DNA of 64,000 bases, from NCBI GenBank assembly GCA_031835245.2, contig JAVKOQ020000105.1, positions 1 through 64,000 on the forward strand, written 5' to 3'. Below are positions 60,361 to 64,000 of this stretch, in pieces (position 1 is the first letter of the stretch; the number at the start of each line of letters is the position of its first letter). The position numbers and the translations under genes were made by a program. Source of the stretch: Balamuthia mandrillaris. Lineage: Eukaryota. The notes beneath the pieces are model-generated. The model was not told the origin of the DNA and did not search any database. It saw only the letters and a list, made by a program, of their open reading frames with translations.

Positions 60361-61845
60361 GATCAGAGAGCAACATAAAAGCGAAGTAAAGTGAGAGAGA
60401 GAGAGAGAAACAAACCTCATCGAAACGGCCGTGTTCCACATGGTACAATGCCAAATGCCACCACAAATGACAACCCAATGCAGTACACCACTTGAAGCAA
60501 GTTTGAATATTTAAGGATAACAACAAAAGGTCTGAGTCTTGAACAAACAACACGTCAAAATAAAATCGAACGAGATAACTTACGGCCCAGTCCTTCTTGG
60601 TAGACTCTAGAAAGCGAATGCCATGCTCGCTCTGTCCCCTCATCTCGTAGACATGGGCCAAAGCATGCACGGCCCAAGGGTCGTTGCGGTTGATCTGTAA
60701 GGCCTCCTGACCAGCTTTCTCTGCCTTGTCGTACTGATGCATTTCCTCGAGACCGAATGACCACATGCCTAGCGCATAGCCATAGAGCGGCATTTCTGAT
60801 GTATTGGACCATGATGGCAGTACCTTCTGTACTGAGTCGCGTATCCCTTTGCTTTCTCCCTGGTTTATTTTGGTAACAATCAGAAAACTGCTCTGCGATC
60901 TTCTTCACCTCGGCCTCGATTCTCTTCATCTTGGTTTCTCTCGCAATCTCTCTCTTAAACTATACATACCAAGAAAAAGTGAGCATCATTGGCGAACTTA
61001 AGAGCAAGCTCATCACGAGGATATCGGTCCAGGATGAGGTTCCATATGCGCGCCGCCTCTCCCAAGCTCTCTCCGTTGGCCCAAGCCTCCACCGCCTCCA
61101 GATGCATCCGTTCTCTCTCCGTTTGAGGACCCGTTTTGCTGGCTCTCGCTTTGGCGACGGAGCCTTGGATGGCGTCACTGCCATGAGGCTCTCCTGTGCT
61201 GAAGAGGTGAAGCCCTGCTTTGAAGATGTGTCCCATCACTTGCGTTTTGTGCTGATCAGCAAAAGAACAAGAAAAAAAGAAAAGAAGAGAAAAGAAAAGA
61301 GAAGAAGAAGAAAAAAGAAAAAGAAAAAGAAAAAGAAAAAGAAAAAGAAAAAAGAGAATAGAAAAAGAAAGAAAATGAGAAAGAAAAAGAAGACACAAAC
61401 CAAAATCAGGGTCAGCAGCAATGGCTTGCTCCACAGAGGCAACAGGGTCTCCATACCAGCCCACATACTACATTGTTGTTTTCAACAACAAAAAAAAAAG
61501 TTGATCAGGAAACAAAAAAACACGTAGCAGAAACCAAAAAATAAAAAGAGTTGAAACCTGAACAACAGCATCATCAAAGGAAGAAATGGCCTGCGGTTTG
61601 TCTGTGGAGAGGTCGTTGCTGCTCCAAGTGGTGCTGGCCACCGAGGTGAAGCGATGGGAATGCGGTTTGCTCCAGCTCTCTCCATGATAGCTTCTTGTTC
61701 CTGTGGAGCAGGTTGCTGCCATGGTGGTAGCGGTGCAACGGGCTAGCAGCCTTCCGCTGCTTCTCAAGGAAGCGCCCTTGCAGGGCACGACGGATGGCAA
61801 AGCATGGGAGGAGCCTTTGCTGCCACGATAAAGCCTGCTACTCAT
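59456..61845 (-). CDS. TTC38: Tetratricopeptide repeat protein 38 homolog, multi-exon
   Basis: AIAADPDF|VMGH, RERMH, YPRDELALK, RDSVQKVLPSW, GMWSFGLEE, DPWAVHALAHVYEM, CHLWWHLALY, DVASLLQRL, IGGSHAQRDVF. Confidence 0.95.
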
Positions 61846-62247
61846 TCTCTTTTGCTTCGCACAACAAAAAAAATGGCCATTATCGCACTCAAGGACGACA
61901 TGGAAAATTACTTACGATATTTTGTCTACAAATAAATTCATTTCATTCTTTACATAATTAAAATATTTGTCTACAAATAAATTCTTTACATACCAAAGCC
62001 ATACCCGCGGGTAACGCCAAGAACGAAGCAAGAAAACCGGAGACCTACTTCTTTCATCTGTTCCTCGTTGCTTCTGCTTCTTGCTCTTCTTCTCGTTCTG
62101 CCAGAGGCCACGTCAAATGCGGTGCTTTGACAAACACAAAACCAGCCTTTGAACCCCCTATAGCACCTTTCTGAATTATTTTTTTTTTACATCTCGAAAC
62201 GAGCTGGTCCTTTTGAAGTTTTTAGACTTACTTGCGCACACACAAAC

Positions 62248-64000
62248 ATGACGAAGAATAACTCGGGTCGTTGGCTCGTACTCTGCCTCTCTCTTTTGGT
62301 ACTCCTTCTCGTGGCAGCTCAGACCACCAACGCTCAACAAGATGAAGAAGAAGCGTCGGACACCTCTTCTTCCTCTTCCTCCTCCTCCTCTTCTTCTTCT
62401 TCTTCTCCACAACCAAGTGACAGCAGTTCCGAAGAAGAAGACAAACCGATCATAGAAGGACCAACCAACCGCCGCGACCAAGAAAAAGGCAGCATCCTCC
62501 TGGGCCACCTGTCCGCCGACCACTTTCTCATCAAAAGGGGCGGGAAGGTGAAACTGGCGGAAGAAAGGCTGAAGGACGTGCCATGGGAGGCTCTCACCCA
62601 CCTCAGCATGGCCGTCGGCTTTGACTGGAGCAAGATGAGGGCCACGCAGGATATTGCCGTGCTTTTTCCTGTTCTGCAACAGGCCAAAGCGTCAGGACTA
62701 GTGGCTATGTTGGCTGTCGGTGACCCTTCTCGTATGTTCTTCTGCTTTCTCTTCTCTTGTTCTTGTTCTTGTTCTTCTTTTGCTTTTTCTTGTTCTTCTT
62801 CTTCGTCTTCGTCTTCGTCTTCTTCTTTTTTCTTCAATAACACAGTTGCTCTTTTATCAGATCATGACTACTTTGAAAGCAGCACCACGACGTCCATCCA
62901 CGCCCTATCCAACGAGCTCTCCCATCTCGTACGAGTTCATCGATACGATGGGCTGCATTTGACATGGTGCCTTCCGCAGAAGCCTTCCATGAAGCAGAGA
63001 GATAACTTTGCGACCTTTGTGAGCTCGCTTTCAAACTCGCTTCACCAACTGGGCTTTAATTTTTCGCTGCTTCTCCCTCCGGATAGCATTACTGCCAATC
63101 ATTACACCACGTATTTCCATTTCTTTGTTCTGTGTTCTTGCCTATTGTCTTCTTCATTGTTTCTGCTTCTAACTTGGCTTCTTCTTCCCTGCTGACTTTA
63201 AATATCCTTCTAGAGACATGTTAATAACAGCAGATATGTACACAGTGCCTCACACTCCATTAACAGAAGAAACCGAATGGCAGCGCTCTTTGTCTGGATG
63301 GCAAAGACGAGGTATTTTGCCTTCGAAGATAGTTATGGGAGTTCCGTTCTACGCTTTGCCAGTCAATACTACCACCACTTCTTCCTCTCATGACTTTGTA
63401 AAGTATTTCAACGGACAGAACGCGAATTCGGTGGGTTACAGAGAAGTGGTTGATGCGATGGCATACCCTCCATCGGAAGAGGAGAATGAGGTTGATGGTC
63501 GGGTGTTCAACGGACGGTCAGCAGTCAGGGCAAAGGCTCACTTTTGTGTAACTATTTTCTCTTTTTTTCTTATTGTCCTTTCTTGTTTCTTCTGTTTTCT
63601 TGCCGCTTGCCTTTCTGTTGCGTCCTTCTTATTTCTTGCTTCTTGCTTCTTGCTTCTGCTTTCTCCTTCGCTTTTGTACCTTTGTGATGATATAGACATC
63701 ATATGGAGGAGTAATGGTCTACCATTTGGACATGGACACAGCTGACAACACAACTTCGTTGCTGACAGCCGCCAATCAAGTTATCGGTACTGTACGCTCT
63801 CCTGCTGTAGAAGACGACGGATCCAACAACAGTTCTTCTGGTGACGACAACGAAGAGGAGGATGAGGATGACGACCACAAAGACTATCATAGGCGTAACC
63901 TCATTCTTGGTCTAACGCTTGGCATCGGATTGCCTCTGCTTCTTGTTTCATCGGGCAGTCTTTACTTGTTCCTTCTGCGAAAGAAAGAGAGGGTATACAC
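62248..64000 (+). CDS. GH18 chitinase-like type I membrane protein, predicted catalytically inactive; runs off the window end
   Basis: Signal peptide, WEALTHL, YDGLHLTWCLP (canonical DGxDxDWEYP), PSKIVMGVPFYA, FNGRSAVRAKA, YGGVMVY, an acidic stalk, then the TM segment LILGLTLGIGLPLLLVSSGSLYLFLL followed by RKKER. Confidence 0.85.

Overview
Intron-rich eukaryotic nuclear DNA read inward from a chromosome end, probably from an amoebozoan protist (an inference from the TTAGGG telomere, short microsatellite-filled introns and the style of the mitochondrial fragment). Bases 1-~575 are mitochondrial: the 3' end of a LAGLIDADG-encoding group I intron, then LSU rRNA. They are joined to the telomere through Oxford Nanopore adapter and native-barcode sequence (~581-669), so this is an assembly chimera rather than a NUMT. 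The real chromosome starts at (TAACCC)n (~670-826), followed by a truncated chromodomain remnant and CpG-eroded subtelomeric tandem repeats. Three giant genes fill 4.4-51 kb. One is an apparently intact RNF213/mysterin-like AAA+ ATPase with an RZ finger and no visible RING (4422-20366, minus). The other two are an unrecognised tail-to-tail pair of roughly 4,000-aa paralogous AAA+ proteins (23093-37998 plus; 38073-~51011 minus). Both are built from a duplicated module and have one intact P-loop each, but only the plus-strand copy carries a C-terminal GATase-like domain and a MIDAS vWA domain. The remaining genes are a mitochondrial HisRS, an Mpv17/PMP22 protein, an OTU deubiquitinase, a Bap31-like/acyltransferase fusion, an atypical tRNA-like gene, a K/E-rich protein, TTC38 and a membrane-anchored GH18 protein lacking its catalytic residues. 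All family calls come from motif recognition by eye. Exon boundaries and protein sizes are approximate.
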